DNA from: the human T2T-CHM13v2.0 reference genome, Homo sapiens
Reading direction: 5' to 3' (one strand)
Assembly (NCBI RefSeq): GCF_009914755.1
Contig: NC_060934.1
Length of the DNA: 64,000 bases
Translations under genes and position numbers: made by a program
Notes under the pieces: model-generated
Told to the model about the DNA's origin: nothing
What the model saw: the letters and a program-made list of their open reading frames with translations, nothing else
Databases searched by the model: none
Shown here: positions 31,711-46,797 of the stretch, one piece after another
How positions within the stretch are numbered: the first letter of the stretch is position 1
Layout of the letters: each line of letters opens with the position of its first letter

Positions 31711-32394
31711 TTTCCCCAGAAAGTCTGGCTGACCTTAAAAGAGCCTGCTTCACACAGCATTAAAGATCTGTTTCACACCTGATGCATTACTCTTGCAATA
31801 GGCAGGGCTGTCTATGCTATCCTTGTAACATAACTCTTGCTGTGGCTGAAATGAACACACTTAGGCGGTGTACACACACACATACACACATACAGCATGG
31901 TCGCAGCCACTCATAAAGCCTGGATCAGTCTCTTCAAATCCTACATGGGCTTCAGCCTAGATAGTCACTGGGAACAGCAACCTCTCAGGGTTAAGCCAGG
32001 AACACTACAGTCATGCTGATCCTGAAACTGTTTCAAATATAGCCTGGAGTATTTAATACCTTTATAAACGGAAATGAAACTGGGTTAAAATAACGACCCA
32101 AACCAGATGGCGCAAATGTTCTGTTCTCTTCAGAAACTGAAAGAGGAACAAAAAAGAGACTCCTTCCCAAGGGAGCAGGTGCAGCTGCTGGGGAGCATCG
32201 GGGCTTTTCCTGAGCGCTGCAGACACCTACAGCCTGGGACCACGTGCTGCTCAGAATGCTCATTCTCTGATTTGTAAGCAATTAATATGGCTGTGACAGC
32301 AGCAATCCGGACACAGCAATGCAGAATTCTCAACACAATTCTACTTCCTAGCTCTAGTATTTGCTGAAATGTGCAACAACATGTTCTATAAATC

Positions 32395-32620
32395 AACTAA
32401 AATTTGTTGAGTGTTTACTGTGAGCCAGACACTGTTGTACCAGTATTACTGCAGTAACTCATTTAATCCTTACAACAATCTTACGAGATGGATTCATTTT
32501 TCCAAAAATGTACATTGAAACCTAAGCAAGTTAAGTAATATGCCCAATTCATAGAGCTTCTCACCAGAGTTTGGATTCAGGTCATCTGACTCCATAAGCC
32601 AGGTGTTTAGCCCTTACTCT
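32395..32620 (-). mobile_element. MIR
   Basis: tttgttgagtgtttactgtgagccagac...atttaatccttacaac. Confidence 0.7.
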
Positions 32621-32680
32621 CTTTTGCCAAACTGCTAGAATTATAAAAAAAACTGCAAAATGAAATCATTCATTCCTTGG

Positions 32681-33152
32681 TGTATTTGTTTTCTATTGTC
32701 ACATTACCAGAAATTTAGCGGCTTTTAAAATAACACAAATTTATTTACTTACAATTTTGAAGATCAGAGTTTGGGGCTAAAATCAAACTGTTGGCAGAGC
32801 TTCATTCCTTCTTGAGGCTCTAAAGGAGAAGCTATTTCTTTACCTTTTGCAGCTTCTAAAGGCCGCCTACGTTCGTTAGCTGGTAGCCCCCTCCTCCATC
32901 CTCAGAGCTCGTCACTACAGCCTCTGATTTTGCCTCTGCATCTCCTTTCTCACCCTGACTGTCCTGCCAGTCTCTTATCAGGACCCTTGTGATTACACTG
33001 GGTCCCACTGAATAATCTGGGATAACCTCCCCATATCAAGTTCCTTAACTCAATCACATCTGCAAAGTCCCTTTGCCATCTAAGGTAACAGATTCACAGG
33101 TTCCAGGCCCTGGGATATGGACATCTTTTGGGGATGGTCATTATTCTAACAC
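32681..33152 (-). mobile_element. MaLR LTR (MLT1C-like)
   Basis: aatcacatctgcaaagtccctttgcc...ggacatcttttgggg. Confidence 0.85.
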
Positions 33153-33369
33153 AAATAAGGAACTAATAAGCCCACCCATGTATCTGCATCATATGTTTCT
33201 TAAAAAGAAAAAGAAAAGAAAGAAGAATAAAACACAAGTCTGCAAGTTCATAAAGCACTTAGAAACTATCGGTGGTCAATATGGGGGTCACGTGGAATTG
33301 TCCACAATGTCTACTTCTTGGTAGGTTTGTACAAAATCAACAACTGTGAAAAGTTTCGCATTAAATTCA

Positions 33370-33860
33370 AAATCAATAGCAGAGAGAGTTGAGAAAATCC
33401 CAAATATGTGGAATTAAACAATACATTCCTAATAACCAATGAATCAAAGAAAAAAAATCACAAGGGAAATTTGAAAATACTTACAGATGAAGGAAAATGA
33501 AAATACAACATACAAAAACATATGGAATGCCACAAAAGCTGCTCATAGCAGCAGCATTATTCATTATAGACAAAAAAAGTGGAATAATTCAAATGGCCAT
33601 TAAATGATGAATGGATAAACAAAATGTGGTATATTCAAACAATGGAGTATTATTCAGCCATTAAAAAGGAATGAAGTGTTGAGACATGTTATGACATGAA
33701 TGAACCTTGAAAACACCCTGCTCAGGGAAAGGAGCCAGGCACAAAAAGCCACATATTATGATTCCATTTATATGCAATGTCCAGAATAGGCAAATCCATA
33801 GAGACAGAAGGTAGGTTAGCAGTTGCCAGGGGCTGGGGGGAGGGAGGAATGGGGAGGACC
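33370..33860 (+). mobile_element. L1M fragments (ORF2 and L1MB 3' UTR)
   Basis: gatgaatggataaacaaaatgtgg...aggcaaatccatagagacagaa. Confidence 0.8.
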
Positions 33861-33939
33861 TTGGTGCCTCACCAGAGCACACACCAGCTAACCTGTGATG
33901 GCCATGTGGCATGAATGAGAAACAGACATTTGCTGTTTT

Positions 33940-34315
<376 letters not shown>

Positions 34316-34597
34316 TAGTCCGTCCTGATTAACAGAGGGTAATGGATAACCCGAGGGCATTTTTCCAATATCCCAAAGGGATGGATAATTAATTACGCCC
34401 CCCCCCCCCTTCTATTTGGAAATTTCACTGCAAGTTCTTCTAAGTACTCTTAGGACAGGCAACAGCTGAGTGGTCCCGATGAGCCCAGGACATCTCTGAT
34501 TATTTGAATGGACTTCTCTTTCCCCTCCAGGTGCAGCTGGCTGTAGCAGAATGTGGTTTGAGAGTCCCAGCAGCGCCCTGAGGCCTCTGCCTGCTGA

Positions 34598-34945
<348 letters not shown>

Positions 34946-36569
34946 TAGATGATGGCCTTTCTTCTGGGGTTTCTCTGTTGTCCCCACCTCTGCCACTGTC
35001 CCTGTATTCTACCCTGCCTCCCTAATCTACCCACCCTGGACTAGACTGAAAGACCTGGACCTGGATTGAATGTGGAACATCTCTTACCGGACTTGGTTGT
35101 AGGAATATGACCATGCATTCATTGCAGATGCAAGTTAAAGAAGAATATTTTAAATATTGTTGGCTTAAGCCAGGCGGCAAAATATTCAAACATAAAATCT
35201 CAGATGCAGCCAAATCAGAACAGCGTGTTCTGGTGACGCGTTTCGGCAAACGCAGTCATTCACGGGCTCCTCTGAGCCTAATTAAGCAAAAGCCCAGCTG
35301 GGGGCTACAGGAAAAACAACTGTGGATTCTACCTTCATTGCAACAGGTTACAACTGCTGATTTATGCCTCTCGGCAGGAACAACTGGCCCTGGGCCAGGG
35401 AGATCACGGAGGCAGCCAAGGAGCCCATGGGTTGCCCCCCTATCCCGGTCCACCCCACGGTGAGGACAGGTGCCCTCAGTCACCAAATGCTCAGGATTTA
35501 CATGAAGTGGGGTAGTCAGAAACTGCAGAGAGTCCATGGAAAGATAGGGGTCACCTCTTGGGGACAGCCAGGACCAGCCCTGCACTGAGTCAACACTTCT
35601 GCTGTTCTGCCCCTGAGCCTTTGCTCCCCCATCTCTCGCCGGTCGTTTCCTGCCAAGCGTCTGGTGCCTTCCTGCTGATCCCAGCTGTTTCTTCCCAGGG
35701 GCGTCCTAGCAACCATTCAGCCCTTGCATCCTTTCCTTTGAAAGGCCACCAGTCTCCCTCCTTCCCTCGAGCAGGAGGACCGCAGAGCGCACCCTGACGG
35801 AAGCGTTCACACTCAAGTGTTTATGGTTGCGTGTCTTCTTGCACAGGGATGTCTGCGTTTCCAATACCGGCTTCTGGACAGGACTCACTCCGAGAAATAA
35901 ATGTGTAATGGATATTTCTTTTCTAGAACAAATGGGGTGGAAGTGGGAGTTTTGGCATCTCTTGAAATTTCATTTCGAGGTAAAATTTCATTTTGAGGTA
36001 AAATTATGAGAATTTCATTTCATTGTAAGGCCGTTCTTGCTGGCCAACTGAAATGTGTGTTGGAAGAAATGCAAGGGGCTCTTACGAAGCAGATGTTCAG
36101 GGCAGCACAGACGCTCATAGGCTCAAGAGCAGACAGACAGGGAAGGAGCTAAAAAGGGAAAGCTTTTTCTCAGATAGCACAGCTAGTTCCTAAGACTAAA
36201 GGTCATGCCCCAGCTGCTGCAGCATTTTCCCAAGTTCTCTGTTTCTTCTAAAATCACACATTTTCTCAGTGCTTTTTGGCTTACTACCTTTAATAGGCAT
36301 ATAAACGTTTTAAAAACTCATATCAGTATTGATAGCTTTCCTATAGATTAAACGTATTCTTAAACTCCCACTGCCCACATCCACCAAATAGAAACACAAT
36401 GAATTTTAAGGCAAAAGCACTCCTTGCTTTAAGGTACCCGTAATATTACCCGCTGTGATATTGTTGTCTGTCCCACTATAAATCGTGTCCCATTATTATG
36501 AATAATTATCTTTCAATAAGGGTTAATTTAGAATTCTACACTCTTTCTTTTTTTTTTTTAAATTAAAAT

Positions 36570-36690
36570 GTGTGGTGGCTCACATCTGTAATCCTAGCAC
36601 TTTGAGAGACTGAGGCCAGGAGTTCCAGACCAGCCTGTCTCTACAAAAAAAATAAAATTAAATTAAAATTAAAATAATAAAAAAAATTTT
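36570..36690 (+). mobile_element. Degenerate Alu left monomer
   Basis: gtggtggctcacatctgtaatcctagcac... Confidence 0.75.
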
Positions 36691-36828
36691 TAATTAAATG
36701 TGTGTGCCCTTACTGTACTTATTTTCTCTTTATGAAAATGTATATTTTTTCTTATGACTTAAACACCACGCTAGGTTTTATTACAGAAAATCTAGAAAAC
36801 AGAAATTATAAATAAGAAAAATCTTTCT

Positions 36829-37212
<384 letters not shown>

Positions 37213-37508
37213 TCAGAATCACACTATATTTAGTGCAAACTTTTTTTGTCATTTAGTAGAGTGTATTTTTTTCTAATGTTCAATATTCTGCTGTGTGATA
37301 GACATGCCAAATCCATCTCTAGACTCTATCCTTTCCCCTGAATTTAACTGGAAGAGTTGACCCTATGCACCATGTGATCCCAATTCAGAACATCTCTTCA
37401 CTTATGCCCACCAAATACCTTCCCCACACCCGTGATTGGACCAGGTCTGGATTAGACTCAAATTGAGTCAATCAGAATCTCTCTCCCAGTAATTTGGAAT
37501 TAGTCTGT

Positions 37509-37869
37509 TGCTAGGGTCTGTTTGTGTTTCCCTAAATTCATAAGTTGAAAGCTATTCCCTCAGTGGGATGGTATTAGGAGGTGAGGCTTTTGGGAGGTGA
37601 ATAGGTCATGAGGGTGGAGCCCTCATGAATGGGATTGGGGCCTTTATAAGAGAGGCCCCAAAGAGATTCCCCACCCTTTTCACCGTGTGAGGAAACGGTG
37701 AGAAGGTGGGTGCCTGTTAACGAGGAAGTGGGCCCTCACTAGACACTGAGTTTGCTGGCAACTTGGTCTTGGACTTCCCAGCCTCCAGAACTGTCAGAGA
37801 TAAATTTCTGCTGTTTATAAGCTTTCAGTTTATGGTATTTTGTTATAGCAGCCAGAACTTACTGAGACA
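37509..37869 (+). mobile_element. MaLR LTR (MLT1A-like)
   Basis: gggtggagccctcatgaatgggatt...ttttgttatagcagcc. Confidence 0.85.
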
Positions 37870-38784
37870 GGCCTGTAAGGCTGAGTCCCTTAGACCATGA
37901 TGAAGGCCTGTGTGCTGTACAGTTGAACAGCGTCCGGGCAGACACGGCTAAAATCCAAAGAATGTGCTCCATGCAAAGGGAATTCATGAGGGAGTGGACA
38001 CAGCATGAGTAGGCCAAGTGAGATGATCTAAAAAGAGAAGCAGAAAATGAGAGTAGACCTGTTGAGAGAGGCAGGGACAAGATGCCACAGGTGTTCATGG
38101 ATGAGACAGTGGGCAGCCCTAACACCTGCTCCACGCCCCACGTGCACTGGCTGAACTTCTCATCCTCATGAGTTTGCTTGTTTTGACTTTTGAGTAATTT
38201 GCGTTTTTACTTACTTTACTCATTCAAGTCGATTTCACCTGAAGAGCACTGACTAAGAAAATCATAGTTACTTTAATAGCTGCCTAGTTTTCTAGTGTAT
38301 AAATATACCATAATTCATGTAATCAAGTCCTTTTTGGTTAGATATTAAGATGTTTCTATGTCTTAACTATTCTATTTAATAAAGAACACTATAATAACTA
38401 TCATTCCAACTAAACGTTTGCAAATATTTCCTTAAGGTCAAATATGCAATCAAATGGGATTGCATCAGATGAGAAACTATGGGTCAAGAAAATTAATATC
38501 ATTTGTGCATTTCATTCCCGGTAGCGAGATGTCTGAACATTTCTGTTTTCTGCATCCTCGCCAATATTAGGTTGACCACTGAAAAAAGAAACAATTCTGC
38601 CAATTAAAGTAGTTAAAAATGTTGTCTCCTCATATTAATTTAGATTTCTTTGATACCTGGAATTGCACATACTTTCCTCTATTTATTGCTCAGTTCATTT
38701 TCTTCCAATACGAAATGTTTATTCATGTCTTTTACTCATTTTCTTCTATTTAGATGCTCATTTATATCTTTTTGATTTGTGAGT

Positions 38785-38990
38785 GCTCTCTCTCTCTCTC
38801 TGTGTCTGTCTGTCTCTCTCTCTCTCTCTGTCTCTTTGGTTTTGCTTTTGGCTTTCGGTTTGTTTTTTCTCAAAGACAATGTCTCACTATGTTGTCCAGG
38901 CCAGATTCAAGCTCCTGGGCTCAAGCAATCCTTCCATCTCAGCCTCCTGAGTAGCTGGGACTGCAGGTGTGTGCCCCTACCACCTGACAG
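38785..38990 (-). mobile_element. (TC)n plus an Alu right monomer within old antisense L1M
   Basis: Visible repeat and partial Alu. Confidence 0.75.
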
Positions 38991-39486
38991 GATATTAAAC
39001 TTGATTCCTACACACTTGAAATTTATCTTCTCCTATCTAGTTATGTGCCTCTGAATTTTATATATGAAATATTTGATAGACATTAAAAATATATTTGTAT
39101 AGTCATGTGTTGAGATATTTTCTGTTGTACTTTAGTCCTTTGATGTCATAACTAGAAAGTAGTTCATCTGCCTAAGATTATATAATCATATACTTTCATT
39201 TTTAAGAAGACACATTAAAAAGGAAATGAAATACCATAGCACTTAGAAATCAAATACTTAAAAGACATAAAATAGAGACAGAAAGCAACACATACTAAAA
39301 TAAAGACAAATCCATCACCAAGCCACCTTTAAATTTCAGCGATACTGAAAGTTACCAATTATGAAACCATTCTCCCTATAGAAAAAATAAAGCAGATGTT
39401 TTATCTCAGAATAAAATTCGTTTTAAAACTATTTCCATCCTGCCTTAGACTTGCCTATATTATTTAAGTCATTAAAAAGTACCAAG

Positions 39487-39841
<355 letters not shown>

Positions 39842-40339
39842 GTACGACGAAAAAAAATAAGACAGGAGATATTAATTCACGTAGCCAAGACTCAACTGTT
39901 TCTCTTTTTCCTGTGGATAAAACTGCAGAGAGGCAGTGATGAGAGAAAATCTACTCTAGCTCTCCAAATTTATACGACCCCATTTGTTGGTGTGGCGAAG
40001 CAAGAAGAGGGGTTATTTGGATGTGACGTGTTGTCATCTGGCGAATTGTGGGGTTCCTATTCAGAAACATCCCTGGAGAGTCTGAATTGTGGGCTATGGA
40101 CGCTGCATAGAGCCTCGAATTCACATGATTAGTCTTATTATCATTTTTTTTGTCTTGTGGCTAGAGAGAGGAGCAAAATTATGCCCCGTGGGTTGCAAGA
40201 GTTGTTCAGTCATGAGATGTAGCAGGGACCCGGGATGGGAAAGGGTGGGGATGGGAGTAAAAGGCGAGAGAGAAACCAGGGGAAATCAAGGGCATGTTGC
40301 AAACCAGCTGATGTGGGGTGTTCTGTAACTGAAGGTGGT

Positions 40340-40440
40340 ACTGTTACCCCATTCTACAGATGAGGAAACAAAAGCTCAGAGAGGTCTAGTAACTTCCCAT
40401 GGTCACACAGCCAGTGAGGGAAGAAGTTGGGATTTGGAAA
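40340..40440 (-). mobile_element. MIR core
   Basis: cccattctacagatgaggaaac...ggtcacacagc. Confidence 0.75.
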
Positions 40441-42081
40441 ACATGATGTTGGAAATAACAAGAATAAGTGAAGACACTGAGAAGGATCAAAATCCAACAT
40501 GAACTAGGTGGTGAGGACCAGCTTTGTAATTGAGGGGGGGCTCTTGTGGCTGATCCTGATGGGCAGTGTTCAGACGGCCAAAGTTTAGATTTTAGCTCTG
40601 AATTCTATCTATTCAAGCATACAATGCATGTCTTAGTAAGAATGGCTTCAACTGGTATGCTAACTTTTTAGGTCCTTTCATTTTATTCTGACAACAATCC
40701 TTGCGGGTAACCCAGTACCTATTTTAACACTTTGCTTCAGAGTTAGAAGTTTTTATGAATTGATTTTATGGAAGAATTTTTGTAAGTATGTTTAAATGTT
40801 ATGCCCTGGTTATCAAACAAGACCCAAGCCTAGTCAGGCCTCTTAAGCATGGAGAGAGATGAGCCTTCTCAGCGATCTGCGCCTTTAAGGAGGGCTCCGC
40901 TCTCCTGTCTGCATCGCGGTGCTGCATATAAATGGCCTCTGTGGCTTCAGCCTGCTTATTTCCATTCAAAGTGTACACTCTGCTTTTTCCCCAAAGTAAA
41001 AGCATTTCCAGGAGCGCCAAGCACATCTCTTTTTTGTAGACTTCCTCTTGGCAGAGTGAATACTGCTGATTTATAAATTACATGGAGGTGTGCAAAGGAG
41101 ATCAAGGTTCAGTGGATGTGAGCCCACATATGGCACCTCCCACAGGCCCAGACGCTGCCCTTAATTCTCAGCTCATCGCTTCTGCCAACCTTGTCAGTTC
41201 TGGCCACTCAAGCGGCACTCTGATCAAAGCAAAAGTAGTTGTCTTCCTCTTAGAAAAGAGGAAATAGGGTTCTTCCTTTTGCAAGTTAACATACTCAAAG
41301 CATCATTTCCCTTGTTGAATTTTTCCTAATCCTTATTTGAAATAGGCTCCTATGCCTTCATAGGGGGGCATTTTCATTGGCGAAGAAATTGTCCTCTGTT
41401 TTTTTGTTTGTTTGTTTGTTTGTTTGTTTTTACTATCAGATGCAGAACTCTATTTGAATGAAATCTTTATAGGAAAGAGGACATGCCTTCGATGACGACA
41501 TTCCCCTCCCATAATCTGATGCTAGAATGCAGTGGAATGCACATTGCTTCTCATCACAAATAGCCACTGAAAAGGAGAAATTCTTGGCATTGTGGACTCA
41601 CTACTTCCTGTGGATAATTACTAGAAATATACGCGTGTGCATGCATGTATGTTGTGTATGTGCCTGTCCAACATGCTGGGTAAAACTTTTGGATCTTTGA
41701 ATCATACTGACTATGTGGAATACAAACATGATATCGCACCCTGTGGATCGTCACAGTCTCCCTGTTTCTCTTGGCAATGCTGGCTGGTTGTCTCACCAGT
41801 TAATGAATGAAAGAAGAGGGAAAGGGAAGGAAAGGGGATGAAGAGGAAGAAGAGGAGAGATGGCAGGAAGCTCTGACATACAGAGCCCCACTCACTGGCT
41901 CACTTTCCAGCCTCTGCTGTTATTCCTTCCTTCTGGGCTCATACCCTGGGTCTCCAGCCAACTGGTGATGAGAGTCCAGGGACTTTACTGCCTTTTCACC
42001 TGTCTGGTGTCTCAAAACAGAGAACTGCAGCCCAAGACCATTTTACCTTTGCAGTAGAATGTGAGAATTAAAACTGATCTC

Positions 42082-42382
42082 GGCTGGACACGGTGGCTCA
42101 CGCCTGTAATCCCAGCACTTTGGGAGGCTGAGGCGGGTGGATCACCTGAGGTCAGGAGATAGAGACCATCCTGGCTAACATGGTGAAACCCCATTTCTAC
42201 TAAAAATACAAAAAATTAGCCGGACATGGTGGCGTGTACCTGTAATCCCAGCTACTCAGGAGGTTGAAGCAGGAGAATTCCTTGAACCTGGGAGGCGGAG
42301 GTTGTAGTGAGCCGAGATCACGCCATTGACTCCAGCTTGGACAACAAGAGCAAAACTCCATCTCAAAAAAAAAAAAAAAAAA
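42082..42382 (+). mobile_element. Alu (AluS-like)
   Basis: TSD actgatctc. Confidence 0.95.
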
Positions 42383-42397
42383 TACTGATCTCAATTC

Positions 42398-42530
42398 AGG
42401 CAGGCTCTGTGGCTCACACCTGTAATCCCAGCACTTTAGGAGGCTGAGGAGGGAGGATCACTTGAGGCTAGAAGTTTGAGACCAGCCTAGGCAACAGAGC
42501 AAGACCCCATATCTACAATCAATAAAATAG
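42398..42530 (+). mobile_element. Alu left monomer (FLAM-like)
   Basis: Monomer match. Confidence 0.8.
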
Positions 42531-42783
42531 AAGTTATCTCAATGCAATAGACGTGAGGAACAGCATGGTGGGACAGATCAAGTGATTTTTTTTCCATGGC
42601 CATCAGGACCAGGACAAAAAGCCTGTTCTTTGGACTTCCTCAGTCCTGTGTGACACCAGACTCAGGCTGCTTCTTCTCACCCCCTCTTAGCTCACCCTGG
42701 CCTCAGCAGCTTCATCCTGGCCTTGGGGACACCTGTCACACAGGGTGGGGACCAACACCACCATGTTTACAGACACACCACAG

Positions 42784-42971
42784 CAGTGGTTTCCAACCAC
42801 GGGTGATTTTGCCTCCTTGGGAGATTGTTCGCAATGTCTGGAAGTAATTTGGGTTGTCACAGCTCGGGGGAAGGGGTGTGCCACTGGCATCTAGTGGGTA
42901 GCAGAAAAGCCCCCTGCAACAGAGAATCATCCAGCCCCAAGCGCCAGTAGTGCCGAGGTGGAGAAACCCTG
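42784..42971 (+). mobile_element. MER20 (hAT-Charlie)
   Basis: cagtggtttccaacc...ggcatctagtgggta...gccgaggtggagaaaccctg. Confidence 0.85.
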
Positions 42972-44542
42972 AACTTCCCAACATCTCAAGGTTGTTTCGC
43001 CAAATCCAGAGTCAGATCTTCCCCGGGGTTGGTTTTGGAAGGTGCTTTTGCATATCTGTGGATGGTGAGAAGTTCTGAGACTGTGGGGACTGCTGGGCAG
43101 GGTGGAGGGAGAGTTAAAATATCTGGGCTGGAGAGTCCTGGCTCCAATCTTAGCCATCTGTGAGCTCAAGAAGCCACTTTCTGTTTCAGGCCTCAGATTG
43201 CACTGGAATATATCTCTGCCCCAGTGTGGTCGGGGTTGTGGAGACTTGAAGCCGGTCCGGTGCAGCCCACAGAAAATGCTTTGGAAATGTCTGAGCACCT
43301 TAGGTGGGCTCGGCCGAGGCTGACATTTCGAGTACATGACAGTTATTGGCTTTCACACCACCTGGTCAGAGCCCAGCCCCTGTGTACAAGGACACCCTGA
43401 CCAGCCTTCATCGGCCCCTTACCCACTCACTGCTCAACTCCACTCTGAACAGGTGGGGTGAGGTCTCAACACTCCCCTGCATATAGCCTGCTGCGTTCCC
43501 ATATTCTCTACTAGCAACTATTTGTTTTACCTCCACGCTCTTTCCTCAACCCCCAATCTCTGTCTTCGTAACCATCAGGAACAATGTCTACGGTTCATCC
43601 ACATCCCAGACCAGACACTCCATGATGGCAGAGCCATGGGCCCTGGACTAGTCTCCTCCTAGTGTGGCAGCAAATCCTCACAACCATGATGAAACCTTTC
43701 TAGTGACCACTCTGAAAAGGATGGCTCTCCTGCCCCATGTCATCCCCAGGCCCTGACCTGAGCCACTCCCCACGCATCTCATTCACGCCCTGTTGGTTCC
43801 CTGATACCCTCTGACTCAAATAACTCTTCTTGGAGGATCCTTGAAGTTTTTTGAGAATTGCTGTTCAGAATAAGTTATCTCTACTAGAAATGTCTTGAGG
43901 TCCGTGAATAGGCGTCTAGGATGCATTACGCATAGGAGATGCCCAACAAATATTTGCCACCTCGACTTGGTAAACAACAGGCCCAACAGATGTCATGGCA
44001 TCGTATTTCTCTGTGTTGTAATTGGCGTATGTCTCAGGGGTGCAGTCACTTTTTAGTTTCCGTCATTACTGCTACACGGATCTGTTTCTCACTTTTTCTT
44101 ATCACTGTTAGTTCCTTGCCATTTCACCAGAGAGTTATAGCAGAGAGGAAAAAAGAAAACAAAACTCAGAGAAAAAAAGGATGAGATGGAATCCAACCAA
44201 AACCTCAGTGCCACTGCTGACCCCAAATCTGAATTTAAAAAAATAAAATAAAATAAATAAAAAATTAAAAAAAAATTCTCTGGTCCAAAACTTTTAGTTA
44301 TTTTTTTTCCATCCCTCAGAAACACTAACTTAGAAATTAAGTAGTAAGTGATTTGGCTTTTCTTTTATATATTTTAAAATATATAAACATGGACACATTC
44401 TTTGGGAGCTTTAAGTCTTTTAACTCAAAGGAGAATTAATTTCAGTAAACTGCCGTCAACGTGGTGGTTGTGAACGACAGTCTGTTTATGTGCAAAGCCG
44501 TACTTTTCCATTGAGTCTATTCTTTGAACTGATAAATCTCAC

Positions 44543-44819
44543 CTGAGCAGAAACCACGGCCACAAAATGTCACAAGCAGAGAGCACAATGCTGCAAGCAC
44601 TTAGCAGCTCAAAGTTTTTACACCTCGGCTCTACAGTAGCAGCAAGATTTTCACTAATTGTGTGGGGCCCCAGGATGTGTTTTGGTTTTGCAAGGTCTTT
44701 TGCAGACTCTGCCTTCCTGTTCCTCTGTCTCGGTGTGCTCTCACACACACACAATGCAGAGGACAAGCGCACGTCTTTACAATTCAAAACCAGAAAAGAC
44801 CAGAACATTTTTAATTAGT
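44543..44819 (-). other. Candidate minus-strand (lncRNA-like) exon
   Basis: Minus-strand acceptor tttttttaaatttattttcag| and donor CAG|GTGAGA bracket 277 nt of unique sequence. Confidence 0.25.
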
Positions 44820-46424
44820 CTGAAAATAAATTTAAAAAAATAGCAGCTCTGAAAGATGTGTTCCTCTATCTCTTTCCTCTGGAAGGCTGCAATTTAATAT
44901 GTTTATGGGGAGAAGTGGTCCCTACAATCCCAAGAAAAGTAAGGGGGAGTTGGGGGAGTCTCAACCCAATTATTTGGCAGTCAACTTTGCCCCTCCAATA
45001 AATGAAACTGCAAAGCTGTCTTTTACAGGATACCCAGGCACTGACAGCAAACTGCAGGACCACAGTTTCACATCCATTCCCTGGGGGCATGATTTAAACC
45101 CAGAAACCTGTCATCAGGAGGGAAGTGGAGAGCGGCTCCAGGACTGGCTGAGAAGTGATGGTGAAGGGTTTTTGTCTCCCTTTCAACCCCGTAAACCTAA
45201 GTGAACCCGATCTCTGATTGATTATTAAACACTTCGCATTCAATGGCTGAAGGACAGTCTACTCGTTAAATCAGTGATTCTTAGCAGAGCTATTTCTGCT
45301 AGATGATATTGTTGGGTGCTGGGAAGGAGGTGCCGATAATGAGAAGGAAGTAGCCATCGCAAGTTGGCAAAACTCCCGAGGAAGTTTAAAAAAAAAAAAT
45401 AACTTCCGTCAGCATCATTGCCTGCAAAATGGATGCCATTCTTTTTGAGATTAAGGAATCCAGTGAACAAACACAAGTCAATCACATTTACTACGGAAAA
45501 CAATTACTCAATTCAGCGAGAGGAAGAATAACATCTACCGGAGTTCTAGCCTTCCATTCTGAAGGGGCATGGAGAGGGGACGAGGTTTCTTCCTCATCTC
45601 AGATGGATCCTTTGCAGAATTCATGCTAATGAAGGCTAACCTGTTTCTCTTTATCTCTGTCATGAGTTATTAATGTCTGGTATCAGTTATTTGCAAATTT
45701 TAAACTATTTTGCACAGCAGCACCTAACACCATGGTATTTTGTCTAAACAGGGATTTCTTGGTCTTCACAGCACACTTGGTGTGCCTACGGAAGGTGTCA
45801 TCGTGGTTATTTACAAGATGTGTTTTCTTTCCATTTTTACGGTTTTTATTTTTCCCCCACTTCACTCGGAATAACATCGTCTCCTATCTATCTGGGGATA
45901 AAAGATGATTACCTTTTTGTTCAGAATCCACTAAACTAATACACTTCTTCTGTTTGTTGCTAAGCAACCAAGCTGGGTTACCCGGAAGCAGCAGACTCCG
46001 CTGTCAGTCACCAGCTCCTTTCTGATAATTGACCATCAGAGAGTTTGCCTGGTAGGGGGAAGAGCTCGTAGTCAAAAGACTTTAGAAATCTTTTTAAAAA
46101 TTCAGCTATCCAAAGGTTTGCCAAAGCGTCCTATCCTAGACAAACAAATGATGGCAAACGCACCCAATAGGTTACTAATCGGTAATAAAAGGAACGGTAC
46201 GCCACACACAGGAATTGGGATGAAACTCAGATGCATTGGAAAGAATCCCAACACAAAAGAGTCCATCCTAGGCATTCTAGCTCATGTCTGTGAAACTCTA
46301 GAAAAGGCACATCGAATCTAAAGAAACAGAAAGTGAGGAAGGGCTGCCCGGGGCTGGGAATGGGCATCCCTAGAGACAGGGTGAAAGGAACTTGCGATGG
46401 TGGAAATGCGCCATCATCTACACC

Positions 46425-46690
46425 TTTTTATTTTTATTTTTATGGATTTAGGGGGTACAAATGCATTTTAGTTACTTGGATAGACTGCATAGTGGTGAAG
46501 TCTGTGCTTTTAGCGTAACCATCACCTGAACGGTATAAATTGTACCCAATAGGTTATTTCTCATCCCTCACTCCCCTCCCAACTTCCCACTTTTTGGAGT
46601 TTCCAATGTCTATTCTTCACTCTGTCTGTCCATGTGTACCTATTGTTTAGTGAGAACATGCAGTATCTGACTTTCCGTTGCTGAGTTACT
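46425..46690 (-). mobile_element. L1 3' end (L1PB/old L1PA-like) fused to U6: U6/L1 chimera
   Basis: L1 3' UTR and A-rich tail on the minus strand; TSD-like ccatcatctacac (46411-46423) / ccatcatttatat (46799-46811). Confidence 0.85.
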
Positions 46691-46797
46691 AAAAATACGG
46701 AACGCATCATGAATTTGCAAGTCATCCTTGCACGGTAGTCATGCTAATCTTCCCTGTATCTCTACAATTTTAGTATATGTGCTGCTGGAGGGAGCAC
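46691..46797 (-). pseudogene. U6 snRNA retropseudogene (full length, diverged)
   Basis: The reverse complement reads GTGCTCCCTCCAGCAGCACATATACTAAAATTGTAGAGATACAGGGAAGATTAGCATG...CGTATTTTT, colinear with the 107-nt U6 snRNA. No upstream PSE/TATA context; the 3' end is fused to L1. Confidence 0.95.

Noticed and set aside
35963-36020. 18-bp tandem duplication (aaatttcattt(c/t)gaggta); similar tiny ones at about 27746 and 22283
   Set aside because: Ordinary slippage duplications, not an array or CRISPR-like structure
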